Part shown: positions 1 through 21,743 of the stretch, in pieces | How positions within the stretch are numbered: position 1 is the first letter of the stretch | Layout: each line of letters opens with the position of its first letter | Source of the DNA: the human T2T-CHM13v2.0 reference genome, Homo sapiens | DNA length: 64,000 nt | Reading direction: 5' to 3' (one strand) | Assembly: GCF_009914755.1 (NCBI RefSeq) | Contig: NC_060937.1 | Notes under the pieces: model-generated | The model's input: only the letters and a program-made list of their open reading frames with translations | What the model was told of the DNA's origin: nothing | The model's database searches: none | Translations under genes and position numbers: made by a program

Positions 1-186
1 CAGTTTCCCCACATGTAAGCTTCGCTTGGACTCCCTCAGTAGCCTTTGGGAAGGGGACGGTGACTCCGAGAGCAGGGTGTGGGTCTCTAGAGCCAAACAG
101 GCCCCTTTTCTCAGTTCTAAGAGTCTCTGTCTCTTTGGATAAACTCCACTGTTTTGTTGTTTGGTTGCTATTTTTACTTATTTCTT

Positions 187-187
187 C

Positions 188-230
<43 letters not shown>
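187..230. repeat. (TATC)n tetranucleotide microsatellite (Alu tail derived)
   Basis: About 10 copies adjacent to an Alu 3' end. Confidence 0.95.
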
Positions 231-872
<642 letters not shown>

Positions 873-894
873 TAGGAGACAATTTCTTTCTTTC

Positions 895-1060
895 TTTTTT
901 TATTTTATTTTATTATTATTATACTTTAAGTTTTAGGGTACATGTGCACAATGTGCAGGTTTGTTACATATGTACACATGTGCCATGTTGGTGTGCTGCA
1001 CCCACCAACTCGTCATTTAGCATTAGGTATATCTCCCGATGCCATCCCTCCCCCCTCCCC
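895..1060 (-). mobile_element. L1PA 3' end fragment
   Basis: ttattatactttaagttttagggtacatgtgcacaatgtgcagg = reverse complement of the L1PA 3' terminus. Confidence 0.9.
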
Positions 1061-1104
1061 CGAAGGAACGCTGTTGCCCAAACAGGGACATGAAGGGCTT
1101 ATTC

Positions 1105-3151
<2,047 letters not shown>

Positions 3152-3285
3152 ATGAATGCCTCGGAAGAGGAGAGGGAGAGGGGCAGGGGTTGTGGGTTGG
3201 GCCGAGGCACAGCTGGGTGGCCCCCAGGCTCACGTGGCATAAAGGGTTTGGGTGGGTGGGCCTGCCTACCTGCTTCTCCTTCTAG

Positions 3286-3372
3286 GAAAAGCTGAGGTCA
3301 TCAATGCCTGAGAGGTGGCCCCCAGGCTGGCCTTTGCCAGCATGTTCAACAGCTTGGAGCAGTCCCAGAAGG
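3286..3372 (+). pseudogene. GGT exon homologue (KAEVINA*EVAPRLAFASMFNSLEQSQK) with nonsense codon
   Basis: tag|g acceptor, gtaagc donor, 87 nt, in-frame TGA 3309-3311. Confidence 0.9.
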
Positions 3373-4089
3373 GTAAGCCATGCTGCAGACTTGGGGCGTG
3401 GGTGCAGAGCTGGCTGAGCCACTGGGAAGGGGCCTTGCTCACAGGAGCCTGCTCCCGTCAGGGTTCAGGGGCAGTTCTAGCACCCCCCATCCCTTCCTGG
3501 CCCCATAGCACCCTCCCACAATGAGTGGTCAGGACCATCATCACCACGGTAAAGGGCCGGGAGCTTCTGTTATTTCTGCTAAGGCCTCCGGGGCCATTCT
3601 GTGCAGCACATGGAAAGAATAATTATTATGCTAGCAGACCTCATGGACCAGGGCTCACTGGGGCCCACGCTCTGCTCTGTGCTTTTCACCCACGAGCTTC
3701 TCACAACCCTCCCTGCTCCTTTGGGCTAGGGGATGCTGTGTGGATTCCCATTTTACAGGGTGGGGATGCTGAGGCTCAGACAGGTCATGCAAATCAGCTG
3801 AGGTCACACAGCTGGGAGGTGGTGAAGCTAAAATTGATCCCAGGCTGTCTATATCCTGCCTTTTCAACAGGCATCCCATTCACTCATTTGTTCATTTGTG
3901 GGGATGGCGCTCTAGAATGTGAGGTGGAGTCTCTCTTTTCTAATCTGGTCTTAAGTGGAGAGGAGGCCCCCAAATTCCCCAGGTACCTGAAGGGAAGCCA
4001 CTGTCCATCCAGGAAGCCACTGTCTGACCCCAAAGGAGGCACAATAGATTGTGAGATAAAAGTTGGAGGATGGGAGGGTCTCAACAACT

Positions 4090-5090
<1,001 letters not shown>

Positions 5091-5199
5091 CACCAATCTT
5101 TCATTTGTTTTTAATACTCATTGAGAAACTCAGCATCTGTAGACATGAAGTTGCTCAGGGTAAGAGAATGCGGGAATCATAGGCTTGGCACCTTGTGGA

Positions 5200-6200
5200 T
5201 GCTTAGAATCATTTATTTAACTAGAATGTATTGAGCATTGTCTTAAAGAATCAGCTGTTGTTCCTGAAGCTGGGGTGAAAAACAAAGACGGCAGATGAAA
5301 TCTGTGACACTCCAGGTGGGAAAAGAAACTAGGCAGGTGCCGGTATGTTACGGGCTGTAGAAAAACAGACCTGGAGGGCCTCAAAATCTGGGACTCTATG
5401 GAGGGTGACCTAGTCAGGGAAGGGGACATCTGAGCAAAGACCCAGAGGCAGAGATGGGGTCGGGGGAGTTATCTCCTGGTCTGCTATCCAGGTGTGATGG
5501 CAGGGACAGAGCCCTGTGGGGAGCTGGGGAGGCTGCAGCAAGTGATCCAAGGGGAATGGCCCAGGTTGTGCGGGATCTCTTAGGTTATGGTGAAGCCTCT
5601 GCTTCCTGTCTGAGGGAAGTGGGGGCTCGTGGAGTGTGTGAGTGGAAGGGGATGGATCTGGCCTATGGACCCCTTGGATTGCTGTGTAAGGGGCAGGGAG
5701 CATGTGGGGACCTGTCCGGAGGTCACTGCAGTAATTCGTGGAGAGGGTGCTGGGAAGTGGCTGATGCTGGACAGACACACTTGGAAGTGGAGCCTGTGGA
5801 TTTGAGGATGGGGTGGGTGTGATGCTTGTGTAGGGAGTCCCCAGGGACCCCTGATCTTTTGTCTGTACCTGGAAGGATGGGGTGACCCTAATGGAGGCAG
5901 GCAGGGTTCTCAGGAAGCAGGTTGAGCAGACACTCAGGAGCTCGGTTTTGGGCACGTTGAAGTTTGAGATGCTTTCTTCAAGCAGGCAGGTAGATACTCA
6001 GGTCTGGTGATCAGAGGAGCAGTCCAGGCCAGCAGGTCAATTTGGGAGTTGTCAGTGCATAAATGGAGGCTGAAGCTCAGATGTCAAGCAGACCACCAGG
6101 AGAGAGAGCAAAGACAGAGGGGAGAGTAGGAGCTAGGATGGCAGGCAGGGGATACTCGGGTGGAGCCAGGTGCTGGGATGCAGGGGCGGCTCTCAGGGAG
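5200..6200 (-). mobile_element. Degenerate L2 fragment
   Basis: Purine-rich L2-like motifs (ttgaagtttgagatgc, gggagttgtcagtgcataaatgg). Confidence 0.5.
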
Positions 6201-6540
6201 AGTGATGAGCCCAGTAAAGCTGAGAGGGGCACTGGGTCTGGCAGTGTGGGTGTCACCAGAGAACTTGGCAAGTGTGGTGGCATGAGAGTCTGATTGGCCT
6301 GAGGTCAGGAGAAGATTTTTTTTCTGATGTTGATACATGATATTTTCTATATTTATGGGTACATGTGAGTGCTTGTTACATGCAGAGAGTGTATAATGAT
6401 CAAGGCAGGGTATTTGGAGTCTCCGTCACCTTGAATATTTTTCTTTCTGGGTGTTAGCACCATAGTCCTCTCTTCATTACTTTGAAATATACAAAATACT
6501 GTTGCTAAGCATCGTCACCCTGGTCTGCTATCAAAGATTA

Positions 6541-8370
<1,830 letters not shown>

Positions 8371-8496
8371 AATCTTTCCTCCTAAGCCTCATTGCCCCAT
8401 CTGTAAAACGAGTCAGGGACTGTGCCTGGGATGCTGCCTGCGAGAGATCCCGATGTCCCCCACTCAGGGTCACTAACTGTGGCTCTCTCTCCCCAG

Positions 8497-8689
8497 GAGG
8501 GCTGTCAGTGGCAGTGCCTGGGGAGATCCGAGGCTATGAGCTGGCACACCAGCGGCATGGGCGGCTGCCCTGGGCTCGCCTCTTCCAGCCCAGCATCCAG
8601 CTGGCCCGCCAGGGCTTCCCCGTGGGCAAGGGCTTGGCGGCAGTCCTGGAAAACAAGCGGACCGTCATCGAGCAGCAGCCTGTCTTGTG
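8497..8689 (+). pseudogene. GGT exon homologue ([13 protein letters not shown]...EQQPVL)
   Basis: Pyrimidine tract + cag acceptor; 193 nt; donor reads gcatgt. Confidence 0.9.
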
Positions 8690-9100
8690 GCATGTCTGTG
8701 GGTGCGGCCCCCTGACACAGGCAGGGCAGGCACAGCCCAAGGACCTTGCAGGCCGTAGCAGCAGTGGAGCGGCCCTCTGCCTTCAGGACCCTGCGCTGAT
8801 AATGGGATGAGGAGATACAGACCCTTCCCACCACGTGTGGGGACACATTCTGAGCGTGGGGACACATTCTGAGCGTGAGGTCCCAGTGGCCACTGTGGCT
8901 GGCCATGTGTCCTGAGTGGCAAGGGACACTAGAATGTTCCCGGAAGGGACACTAGGAGGATGAGCGCTGAGTGACAGGGCCACCCACCTGTGACAGGCGC
9001 TGCCCCTGCTTTGTGCTGGTCTCCTGTGTGGGCAGGTGTGGGGGGTGGTCTAGCTAAGTCCACCCCACCTGCTGCCTCACATGAGCCCCCTCTGCCCCAG

Positions 9101-9257
9101 TGAGGTGTTCTGCCGGGATAGAAAGGTGCTTCGGGAGGGGGAGAGACTGACCCTGCCGCGGGTGGCTGACACCTACGAGACGCTGGCCATTGAGGGTGAC
9201 CAGGCCTTCTACAATGGCAGCCTCATGGCCCAGATTGTGAAGGACATCCAGGCGGCC
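9101..9257 (+). pseudogene. GGT exon homologue ([14 protein letters not shown]...KDIQAA)
   Basis: cag acceptor, gtgagt donor at 9258; one nt short of the phase required by the next exon. Confidence 0.9.
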
Positions 9258-9894
9258 GTGAGTGGGTAACCTCAAGGGCCTGGGTAAGGAACTCTGCAGT
9301 GGAAACCCTGAGCTGTAGCCCAGAGCCATGGGGTCCTCCTGTCTTGCCTGAGCCTGCAGGAAGTTCCTGGTGGAGGAGGGTCAGTGACTAGCCATGTGGG
9401 TCCACAGCTCCTGCTTATATCAAAACCAAGAGAGGCCACACAGTCCAGGAGAGCAAGTCCCTGTTGGGGTAAATGCAGGTGTAGGCAAGAGCCAGGGCTA
9501 GGGAAGCACTAGAATACAGCCTGAAGATCCAGGAGGACTTCTTGGAGGAGGTGGCGGCTGGGCTGCAGATAACTTTGTTAGGCAGAGAGAGGAAGGGATT
9601 CCTAGCAGAGGAACAGCTGGGCTAAGGCCCAGTAGAGGGGGCTTTGATTCACCAAGGGGGTTACAAGGGATGAGGGTCGCCTTGAGAGAGGCATGGGGAA
9701 GGGGATTTGTGGGGCAGGGGCCTGGAGCTTGGCTGTGGCTTTCTTCAGGTAATTTTTGTCACTGTTTCATGGAGGAGGGTGATTAGCATGTCGACCTTTA
9801 CTACTGAGGCTGGAAATTGGCGTGCCAATACCCTGTCTGTCTGGAGCTGACTCCAGGAGAATTAAGAGCCTCCCTCCCTCCCTCTATCCATTCA

Positions 9895-10945
<1,051 letters not shown>

Positions 10946-11290
10946 AAACACTCTCTGGCCACAGATGAGAGAAGGCAGACAGGAAGCCACTAAGCCAAGC
11001 AGGCAGAGGGCAGGTGGCCCCAGACCAGCTGTCGGGTGGTGAGCAGTGTCAGGGAGACAGGAGTGCCGGAGCTGGTGAGGTTCCCAAGGAGGTGAGGTTG
11101 CCTGTGGCCTCCTCCCAGGGCACAGTCCCACCCCTCCAGTAGTGCACTCTGTCCTCCCTTGTAGGTACAGGCTTTTCCTCACCACCATGGTGCAGCCATG
11201 CCTGCCCCCAACACCACTGGTGCAGCTCCATCCTCCACGCAGTGGTGCAGCCCCATCCCAGTGCCCATTCGAGCTGCTGTCCCGTCGCAG

Positions 11291-11440
11291 GGGGCATTGT
11301 GACAGCTGAGGACCTGAACAACTACTGTGCTGAGCTGATCGAGCACCCGCTGAACATCAGCCTGGGAGACGCGGTGCTGTACATGCCCAGTGCGCCGCTC
11401 AGCGGGCCCGTGCTGGCCCTCATCCTCAACATCCTCAAAG
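11291..11440 (+). pseudogene. GGT exon homologue ([11 protein letters not shown]...LILNILK)
   Basis: cag/gtgagt boundaries, 150 nt. Confidence 0.9.
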
Positions 11441-11964
11441 GTGAGTGGTCGCACCACAGCCGTGTGGTAGGACCCATGACACTGCCTCTCTCTCCCCACG
11501 CCCCACCCCTGCTGCATCTCTGCTCGCCCTCCATGCCACGTCTTTCCATCACTGAGCTCCCGAGGCGTGTCCCTGCGTCACAGCTCACCATGTCCTGAAG
11601 GAGGCAGTGCAGAGCGACAGGGCTGAAGCGGGCAATGCTCAAGGGTTGGAGGAGGAACAGGAGTCATCAGGAAGGAGAGAGGTGCAGGAGCTCAGGGCTG
11701 CAGGGCCTGGTCCAGAGGGTACCCTGGTCCAGTGGGTGACCCTGCCACTTGGTCACTGAATGGCCAGAGCTGATGCGTGACGTGAGGTCCAGGCTCGGGA
11801 GCCCTCACCTTACTTCACTCTCACCACAGCCTTCTGAAGCAGCTGCTGCTATTGGTTATTAAACGCTCCTTGAGGTGGGCAAAGTGGCTCAGGCAGGTGT
11901 TAACCCTCTGAGCCCCTCAGAGCCTCTGGGGCTCAGCAACATGCACCTGGCTCTGATCAACCAG

Positions 11965-12101
11965 GGTACAACTTCTCCTGGGAGAGTGTGGAGACCCCCG
12001 AGCAGAAGGGCCTGACGTACCACCGCATCGTAGAGGCTTTCTGGTTTGCCTACGCCAAGAGGACCCTGCTTGGGGACCCCAAGTTTGTGAATGTGACTGA
12101 G
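11965..12101 (+). pseudogene. GGT exon homologue (YNFSWESVETPEQ...PKFVNVTE)
   Basis: cag/gtaagg boundaries, 137 nt. Confidence 0.9.
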
Positions 12102-13342
12102 GTAAGGGGCAGGGGCTGGCCCACTGTGGGTGTGGGGCCTGCTGTAGAGGCATCAGGTGGGCTCCCCAGGGTGGCTACAGCCTCACATACGCTTTATGAA
12201 TCCATTCCTGCCACGAACTTTGATTGCGGGCCTACTGTGTGCTCGGATGGACTGGTGGGTGACCCCCAGTCTTGGCTTCTGCCCCACAGAACTGACAGTG
12301 TGGGGAATTAGTGGCCACCCTCCTACCTCAGGTCCTTTGCACATGCTGTGGTTCTCGAGTGTTCAGTGCTGAGATGAGGAATGCATGGGGGCATTGCAGC
12401 CCTCGGGCATGGTGAGATGGATGGGTGAAAGGGAGAGGGCCAGGTGAACAGAGACCTCGGCCACCCACTCCCTGTCACTCCAAACTAACGCTTCCCAGAT
12501 GCCACCCTCAGCCCTGCACCACCTGACCCACTCACTCAGTAGTTGCTCCAGCTCCACGCTGGGTCCCTATAAGACCCTGTCATATCCCTTCCCGCTGAGG
12601 ATCCTCACATTCCTCCTTACCTACTTGGGTCCTTGGCATTCCTGGGTGGATCTGCAGACGCCCCCCACACTGACCAGTGACCTCCCAGGAGGGGCGTCAG
12701 CTGCCCGGGTGGTGTCTTCTCTTTCCCCGTGAGCATTCTGCACCTCTGACTCCCGCTGCAGCCAGTGACCTGATGTCTTGTCTCTCTGAGGGGACAGAGC
12801 CACTGCAGCGTGTCCCTCTGCCCTCCCTTTTGGCTAAGGCCAACTCTTTCATCTACTCGCTGGCTCAGGGTGCTGTTCCTACAATGCTCCTTTCTGCCTC
12901 TGACGATTTACTTCTTTATCACGGATTATTCCCAAAAGAAAGGCAGCTGTTGTTGCTCTAGAAATTTCTATCTGCTGCCTCCTTCTGTCCTTTGCTCCTC
13001 TTAGAGCAAACATGGCTGGGCTATGTCCTCTCTCCCTTCAGGGTATCCCCTCCCCTGCTCTATCCCCATGCCACCAGATCGCCATGTCCAGCCTCAGTTT
13101 CCCCATCAAGCCCCACTCAGCAGCATCTCACACAGCTCACCACACTCTCCTCGAGTTTTCATTTTGCAAATTTTCGCACTTACAAAAATGTAAAAAAAAA
13201 CCAAAACTGCCCAAGCATCAATGTTCCCTTTTCCTGGAGTCTGCAGTGTGGACGTTTCTGCCGGATTTCCTAACTCTCTCCATCTCCACCCACATCTATT
13301 GGGATTCGTGTTTTTCTGAGGGATTCCACAGTAGGTTACTGA

Positions 13343-14525
<1,183 letters not shown>

Positions 14526-14559
14526 TGTGGAAACTCTCTTGAGGCATTTTCTTCGGCCT

Positions 14560-15408
14560 TCGGGTCCATCCTCTCTGTCTCCTCCTTGACCTCCTCATCT
14601 CCTCCTCGCCACTGCCTTGGGGACCTTGGCCAGGCTCATGGCATCCAGCAGCCACTCAATGTCAATACCTCCATGTTCATCTCTCAGCCCGCCCTTGCCC
14701 GTGAACCCATGCTTATTTATTTATTTTTTTTATACTTGCACCCATGCTGTTCAGGTCTGATGAAGTGTCCAAAATCAAGCTTCTGACCATCCCCAAACCT
14801 GCCCCTTCTGCAGGGTTTACCTCGCTAGTCAGCACCATCCTTGATTCTTCTCTTTCTCCCACCCAGGCCATCATCTCTTGCCTGGTTGATACCCACAGCC
14901 TCCCCTTTGGGATTTATCCTTATCCCCGTCATAGCTGCCAGAGGGACCCTGTGAAAACACTCCCCAGCCTGCTCATTCCTCTGCCCTAAGCCTGCATGGC
15001 ACAGAGCAAAAGCCAGTTTTTATGGGACCTAGGAGGTCCTGTGGGATGGGCCCCAGCCTGCATCTTCATCCTCTTCTCCCCACCCCACTCCATTCACTCT
15101 CTGCCTATCGCTCACCAGCCTATACCACCTGCCTCAGGGCCTTTGCACTGACCATTTAGGCTGCATTCCAGGCTCTTTTCACACGTTGCCTCCTCTGAGA
15201 AGCCCTCCCTGACCACTCTGCCCATACCTCATGCCTCTTGATTCCCCTTACCTGGCTTGTGGTTTCAGCACTTTCCCTGTGTGTGTTTGTTTTTCTTGGC
15301 ATGAGGGCAGGACCTAAAACTGTCTGTTCCCTGTTGATTCCCCAGTGCCAGGCATGCAGTGCAAACTCTAGAAATATTTTTTGCATGAAGGAATGAGTGA
15401 TTGAATGC
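14560..15408 (+). mobile_element. Degenerate L2 3' fragment
   Basis: ggcctttgcact...gaagccctccctgacc...gagggcaggac...gaatgagtgattgaatg tail. Confidence 0.6.
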
Positions 15409-15588
15409 AGCAAGGGTCTGGAGGCTGAGGACCAGGCAGACAGACATTCAGAGTTGCTGAAACGCAACAGAGACAGGGAGTCAGACTGGTCATGCAAGGT
15501 CCTGGGCCTGCCCTTGGGTCCTGGGGAGCCACGGAAGGTTGTGGGTGCCAGAGGGTTTTGGTCAGAGTCACAGTCAGGGGCCTTCTGA

Positions 15589-15839
<251 letters not shown>

Positions 15840-16071
15840 GTAGGGGCTGCTGGGCCGCCTGGGTGGGAAACTGCCAGAGGTGGGTGGCCCAGGGACCACC
15901 CACTTATCCAGTCAGGTGGCTCCATCACCTCTTTTCCTGGTGGGAAACTGAGGCCCAATCTTGGTAGCTTATCCTGGGCCTCTCAGTGAGTATGTTTCAG
16001 CCTCAGTGGGTGGATAGGGACCAGGCTGGGCCAGGCAAGGTCGGGCGCTGTCTGACCCTGCTGGGCGGTAG

Positions 16072-16712
<641 letters not shown>

Positions 16713-16815
16713 TAGTGCCTGGGCCATCTGGAGCCCCTGTGCCATGAGGGCCAAACCCCCTGCTCCAATGAGACCCAGCAGGCCCCAACCTGCTCTTCCT
16801 GATGACCTGGCCTGA

Positions 16816-17058
<243 letters not shown>

Positions 17059-17166
17059 GTGCTCCGGGCAGACAAGGCTGACAAGCAATCCAGGGACAAG
17101 ATACTCACGAGGACGAGGAAGAGGACTTTGGGGGACGGGCTTCCCCTGTGAGCAGCAGAGCAGCAT

Positions 17167-17172
17167 AATAAA
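17167..17172 (+). terminator. Polyadenylation signal of the GGT pseudogene
   Basis: AATAAA ~110 nt after the stop, GT-rich sequence downstream. Confidence 0.7.
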
Positions 17173-18664
17173 TGAGGCCACTGTGCCAGGCTCCAGGTGG
17201 CCTCCCTGGCCTGTCTCCCCACTCTCTGGGCCTCAGTGTATTGTGTGTGAAATGGAGCCATCTGGCTGGGGAGGAACAGAGAGGTGGGATTCGGAGATCT
17301 TCACAATGCGGGCACTGGAACTAGCCTCAGCATCTTCAGCATGGGGAGAGCCGGGCACATGGCTGGGGGCCAGGGGAAGGTTCACACCAAGCCCTGCCCC
17401 TTCCCACCCTGATCCCTCGGACTTTGGGGCCAGGCCCTCCCTTACTGGGGCTGGGCAGTGACACTACCTAGGATCAGCCACCAGGGGGTGTCACGACCCT
17501 GGCGCTTTCTTAGGCAGAGGGTGGCCAGCTGATGCTGGGAACCTGGGCGCCTTCTCAGACCCGTAGGCCTCCAGCTCACCCTGCCGATGACACTGGCGGT
17601 GAAGCTGAGGTCCGAGGAATGGGGACTGGGCAACAGGCTGGAGGAAAACATCTCGGTCAGAGCCACGCCCCTCGGGGGTTCCCAAGAGCAAGCCCAGAGT
17701 GAAACCCAAGCTTGTGATCCTCTCCAGAGGGAGGCCTGGTTCTCAGGGAACAGCAAACGGGAAGATGTCCCCAGATCCCAGGGATCAGGGCTTGGACCAG
17801 CTGGGGACGCAGCCCAGAGGGAGTGGGTCCAGAAGGAAACAGCTAGACACAGCAGCCTTCACCATTGGCAGCCCCTCCAGGCCTCCCTTGGGGCCTGCTC
17901 CCTCCTCTGTGCACAGTTCCAACACCTGGAGCAGGGTTCTGGGAAGGGCTGGTGGAGGTGGGCTGGTGGGAGGCGGTGATCACAGCCCAGCACCTGGATA
18001 TCACCAGGGGCACTGGGGCCAGGGGCCAGGTGAGGCCAGGTCGGGGCTATCCTTCAGGAGCCCCAAAAACCTGGTGATTCCAAAGGGCCCATAGACAAAC
18101 AGGGTTTTATGCCTGTGGAGTCAAGTCCCACTGGGTCTGAGCTCTGGAGGGCTGTGTCTCTGGGGCTCTGCAAGGGTGAGGTGGAGGTAGGCTCAACTGG
18201 TGTACAAGTCACTCTTCAATCCTTATTTTATTTATTTAATTTTTTTAAAAAAAATTTAAACCAATAGAGATGGGGTCTCACTATGTTGACCAGGCTGGTC
18301 TTAACTCCTGACTTCAAGCAGTCCCCCAATCTCAGTCTCCCAAAGTGCTAGGATTACAGGGGTGAGCCACTGCACCCGGCCTCAATCCTTATTTTGGCCT
18401 GAGAGGAAAAGCCGTGGCCCCATTTGCAGGGGAGAAGACTAAAGCTGGAGGGGCAGGCCTTGCTCTGGGTTGCACAGCAGCAAGAGAAGTGGGAGCTGGC
18501 CATGAGACTTCCTGGACCCGACACGCTGGTGGGGTACACCCTGGTTCTCCAGGTCCCATGGGGCTCAGCCCAGGACTACCTCGGGGGGTGAGGGACTTAA
18601 ATCCTCTCCTTCATTCTCATCACCCCTTCCCCCATCATTTCCTGAGGAAGGACATTCAGGGACC

Positions 18665-19628
18665 TGAAGGGGTGGCCTGCCCCTCCACACCTGTGGGTGT
18701 TTCTCATCAGGTGGGACAAGAGACTGAGAAAAGAAAGAGACACAGAGACAAAGTATAGAGAAAGAAAAGTGGGCCCAGGGGACCTGCACTCAGCATATGG
18801 AGGACCCACGCTGGCACCAGTCTCTGAGTTCCCTAGTATTTATTGATCATTATCTCTACCATCTCAGAGAGGGGGATGTGGCAGGACAATAGGGTAATAG
18901 TGGGGAGAGGGTCAGCAGGAAAACACGTGAACAAATGTCTGTGTCATAAACAAGGTTAAGAAAAAGGTGCTGTGCTTTGATGTGCATATACATAAACATC
19001 TCAATGCATTAAAGAGCAGTATTGCCGCCAGCATGTCTCACCTCCAGCCCTAAGGCAGTTTTCTCCTATCTCAGTAGATGGAATATACAATCGGGTTTTA
19101 CACCGAGACATTCCTTTGCCCAGGGACGATCAGGAGAGAGATGCCTTCCTCTTATCTCAACTGCAAAGAGTCCTTCCTCTTTTACTAATCCTCCTCAGCA
19201 AAGACCCTTTGGGGTGTCGGGCTGTGGGATGGTCAGGTCTTTCCCTTCCCAGGAGGCCATATTTCAGACTGTCACTTGGGGAGAAACCTTGGACAATACC
19301 TGGCTTTCCTAGGCAGAGGTCCCTGCGGCCTTCTGCAGTGTTTTGTGTCCCTGCTTACTTGAGATTAGGGAGTGGTGATGACTCTTAACAAGCATGCTGC
19401 CTTCAAGCATTTGTTTAACAAAGCACATCCTGCATAGCCCTAAATCCATTAAACCTTGAGTCGACACAGTACATGTTTCTGTGAGCACAGGGTTGGGGTA
19501 GGGTTACAGATTAACAGCATCTCAAGGCAAAAGAATTTTTCTTACTACACAACAAAATGGAGTCTCTTATGTCTACTTCTTTCTACATAGACACAGTAAC
19601 AGTCTGATATCTCTTTCTTTTCCCCACA
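18665..19628 (-). mobile_element. Solo LTR of HERV-K(HML-2), LTR5 family (probably LTR5B/A rather than LTR5_Hs)
   Basis: Minus strand starts TGTGGGGAAAAGAAAGAGATATCAGACTGTTACTGTGTC and ends GGCCACCCCTTCA; 964 bp; TSD GGGACC at 18659-18664 and 19629-19634. Confidence 0.92.
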
Positions 19629-21497
19629 GGGACCTTCCTGGCTGTGCCTCGGGTCAGGACCAGAATGACACCCATTCGTTTCCCTGGGCCTTTGCTCGGG
19701 TGGTCCCTGCACCCTGGCCTCTGCCTGATGAGGATGGTGGGGAGAGGAGGGGGGACGTCCCCCACACTGCTGTCTCCACTGTTCCTGCTGCCCAGGCCTC
19801 TGGGCTTCCAGGACTGCAGCGGGTCGATGGGTGGGCTGGCCTGAGCCGAGGAATGCACTTCAGCTCCTGGTTGAGCAATGTCACTGAGGCTTGGGAGTCG
19901 GGTGGGGGCAGGAGGAGGCGTCCACAGGCCCCCATACCGTGAGAGGCAGCCGTGGGAACAGCCTACCTCTAAACAATCACTGCAGCCCAGGCTGACCAGG
20001 GGCTCTGGCCAGACATAGGGGCCTGGCAGGCTGTGTGGCCTGTAAGGACACAGTCTGTCTCTGTGCCTCAGTTTCTCTGCTGCCCAGATGGAGGGGCCCG
20101 GACTCCAGGTGTAGACATCTGGAGCAGGCAGTGTTCAGCTGGGGAGGAAGCGGGGAGGACTGTGGGGGCCATGTGGGAAGGATTCCACCCCACATCACCT
20201 GCACCCCTGCTGAGCCGGGTCAACGGAGCCCCTCAGTGGGTCCTCACTCCCCTGGCTGCCTCCCATTTAGGCACCCTGAGGCCTGGGGAGAACAGAGCCA
20301 GGCCAGTGTCCCCAGAGAGGCTGTGCTGCCAGCACAGTAGTAGCGGATTTGGATTCAGGGAAGCAGACCTGCAGCCAGGGTGGGAAAGAGCTGCAGGTGG
20401 GGTGGGGCCCCCACATGGCACAGCCCCCCTCCCTGGAGGTCCATGCTGCATTTCCAGGACAGCAAGTCCCAGGGATGGATGGTGCCGGGTACCAAGGGCT
20501 AGAGGCATGGTCTGTCTGCATTTCCCACATAAGTGTCTCATAGTCACCAGCATTTGATGCTGTCAAGTCCCCCTGTCCTCTGTGCAGACTGGGAAGCCCT
20601 TGTTAACCTTGGGGGTTTGGGGGACCCAGGCCAGGCTGCAGAAACATAAGGACTTGAACCCGGGTCCTGAGTGACACCACCTTGGGTCCTCCTCCTTCTG
20701 CCTCTGTTCAGCTCCACCTTGATGCTGACTAGGCTGGGCCATGCGGAGAGGGTTAGGGGATAGAGATGGGAGCTGGGGAGCAGGGCTCCACTCTGGGAGG
20801 GGGGCAGCCTTGCCAGATCCAGGGCAGAGTTAAGCGGCCCCAACTCTGCTTTCCCAGAGCAGCTGAGAACCTGGGGAATGGTGTGGAGGTTCCGGGGAGC
20901 CCTGCCCCTACCTGGCAACAGCAGTGCAGCAGGCACCAAGTTCTCCTGCACATTGCGACAGTGTGACCATGGGCTCTGGCAGGCAGTAGGTGGGGCCTTT
21001 GGACCTACCAGCAGTGAGGGAGTTAACACAGCAGCTGACTTCTCTAGGCAAAGAAAACTCCCCTCAGACGCTTTGCTGCCTGGCCTCCTGCCAGGAACAA
21101 GCAGGAGCTGAAAACTAGAAGTTGAGGCATGAGTTTGGCCACTCCGTAGTGTGCACTTGGTGAGGGCAGCAGCTCACCACAGCTGCCAGCCATCTGTCCA
21201 TTCACCCATCTGTCCATCTGGCAGCCCGCTGTTCAGACCTGTCTGTCTGTCCGCCCAACTGTAAGCCCATCTCTGTCCCATTGTCTATCTGACCATCTTT
21301 CTCTTACTGTCCACTTTTTCTAGCTATCTGGCCTGTCTGTCGATCCATCTTCGTGTCTGTCTTCAGCCCCCACCTGTTTGTCCATCTGTCCAATTACCTG
21401 TGAGTCTATCTATGCATCTTCTTGTCCATTCATCTGCCCAACCATCTGTCCCTCCGTCTGCCCACCGGCCTCCCCTCTCCTTCTGGGCCACAGAGCC

Positions 21498-21682
21498 ATG
21501 GCCCAGGACTGCGGAGCCATGGTTGACCTGGTCCTGCTGGGGCTGGGGCTGGGGCTGGGGCTGGCGCTGGCTGTGATTGTGCTGGCTGTGTTCCTCTCTC
21601 GACACCAGGCCCCATGTGGCCCCCAGGCCTTTGTCCCCGCTGCTGTTGCTGCTGACTCCAAGGTCTGCTCAAATGTTGTACG
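21498..21682 (+). pseudogene. Orphan GGT5-like first coding exon (MAQDCGAMVDLVLLGLGLGLGLALAVIVLAVFLSRHQAPCGPQAFVPAAVAADSKVCSNVVR)
   Basis: Matches the recalled GGT5 N-terminus (signal anchor, HQAPCGPQAF, AAVAADSKVCS); gccATGG start, gtgagt donor at 21683; no downstream GGT5 exons seen. Confidence 0.88.
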
Positions 21683-21743
21683 GTGAGTGAGACGTGGGAG
21701 GAAGCTGGGTGGCCCTTGGCAGCCAGCCCCTCCTGGAGAAGGC

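Noticed and set aside
8836-8877. 20-bp tandem duplication GTGGGGACACATTCTGAGC(G)
   Set aside because: Two-copy intronic slippage with no evident function.
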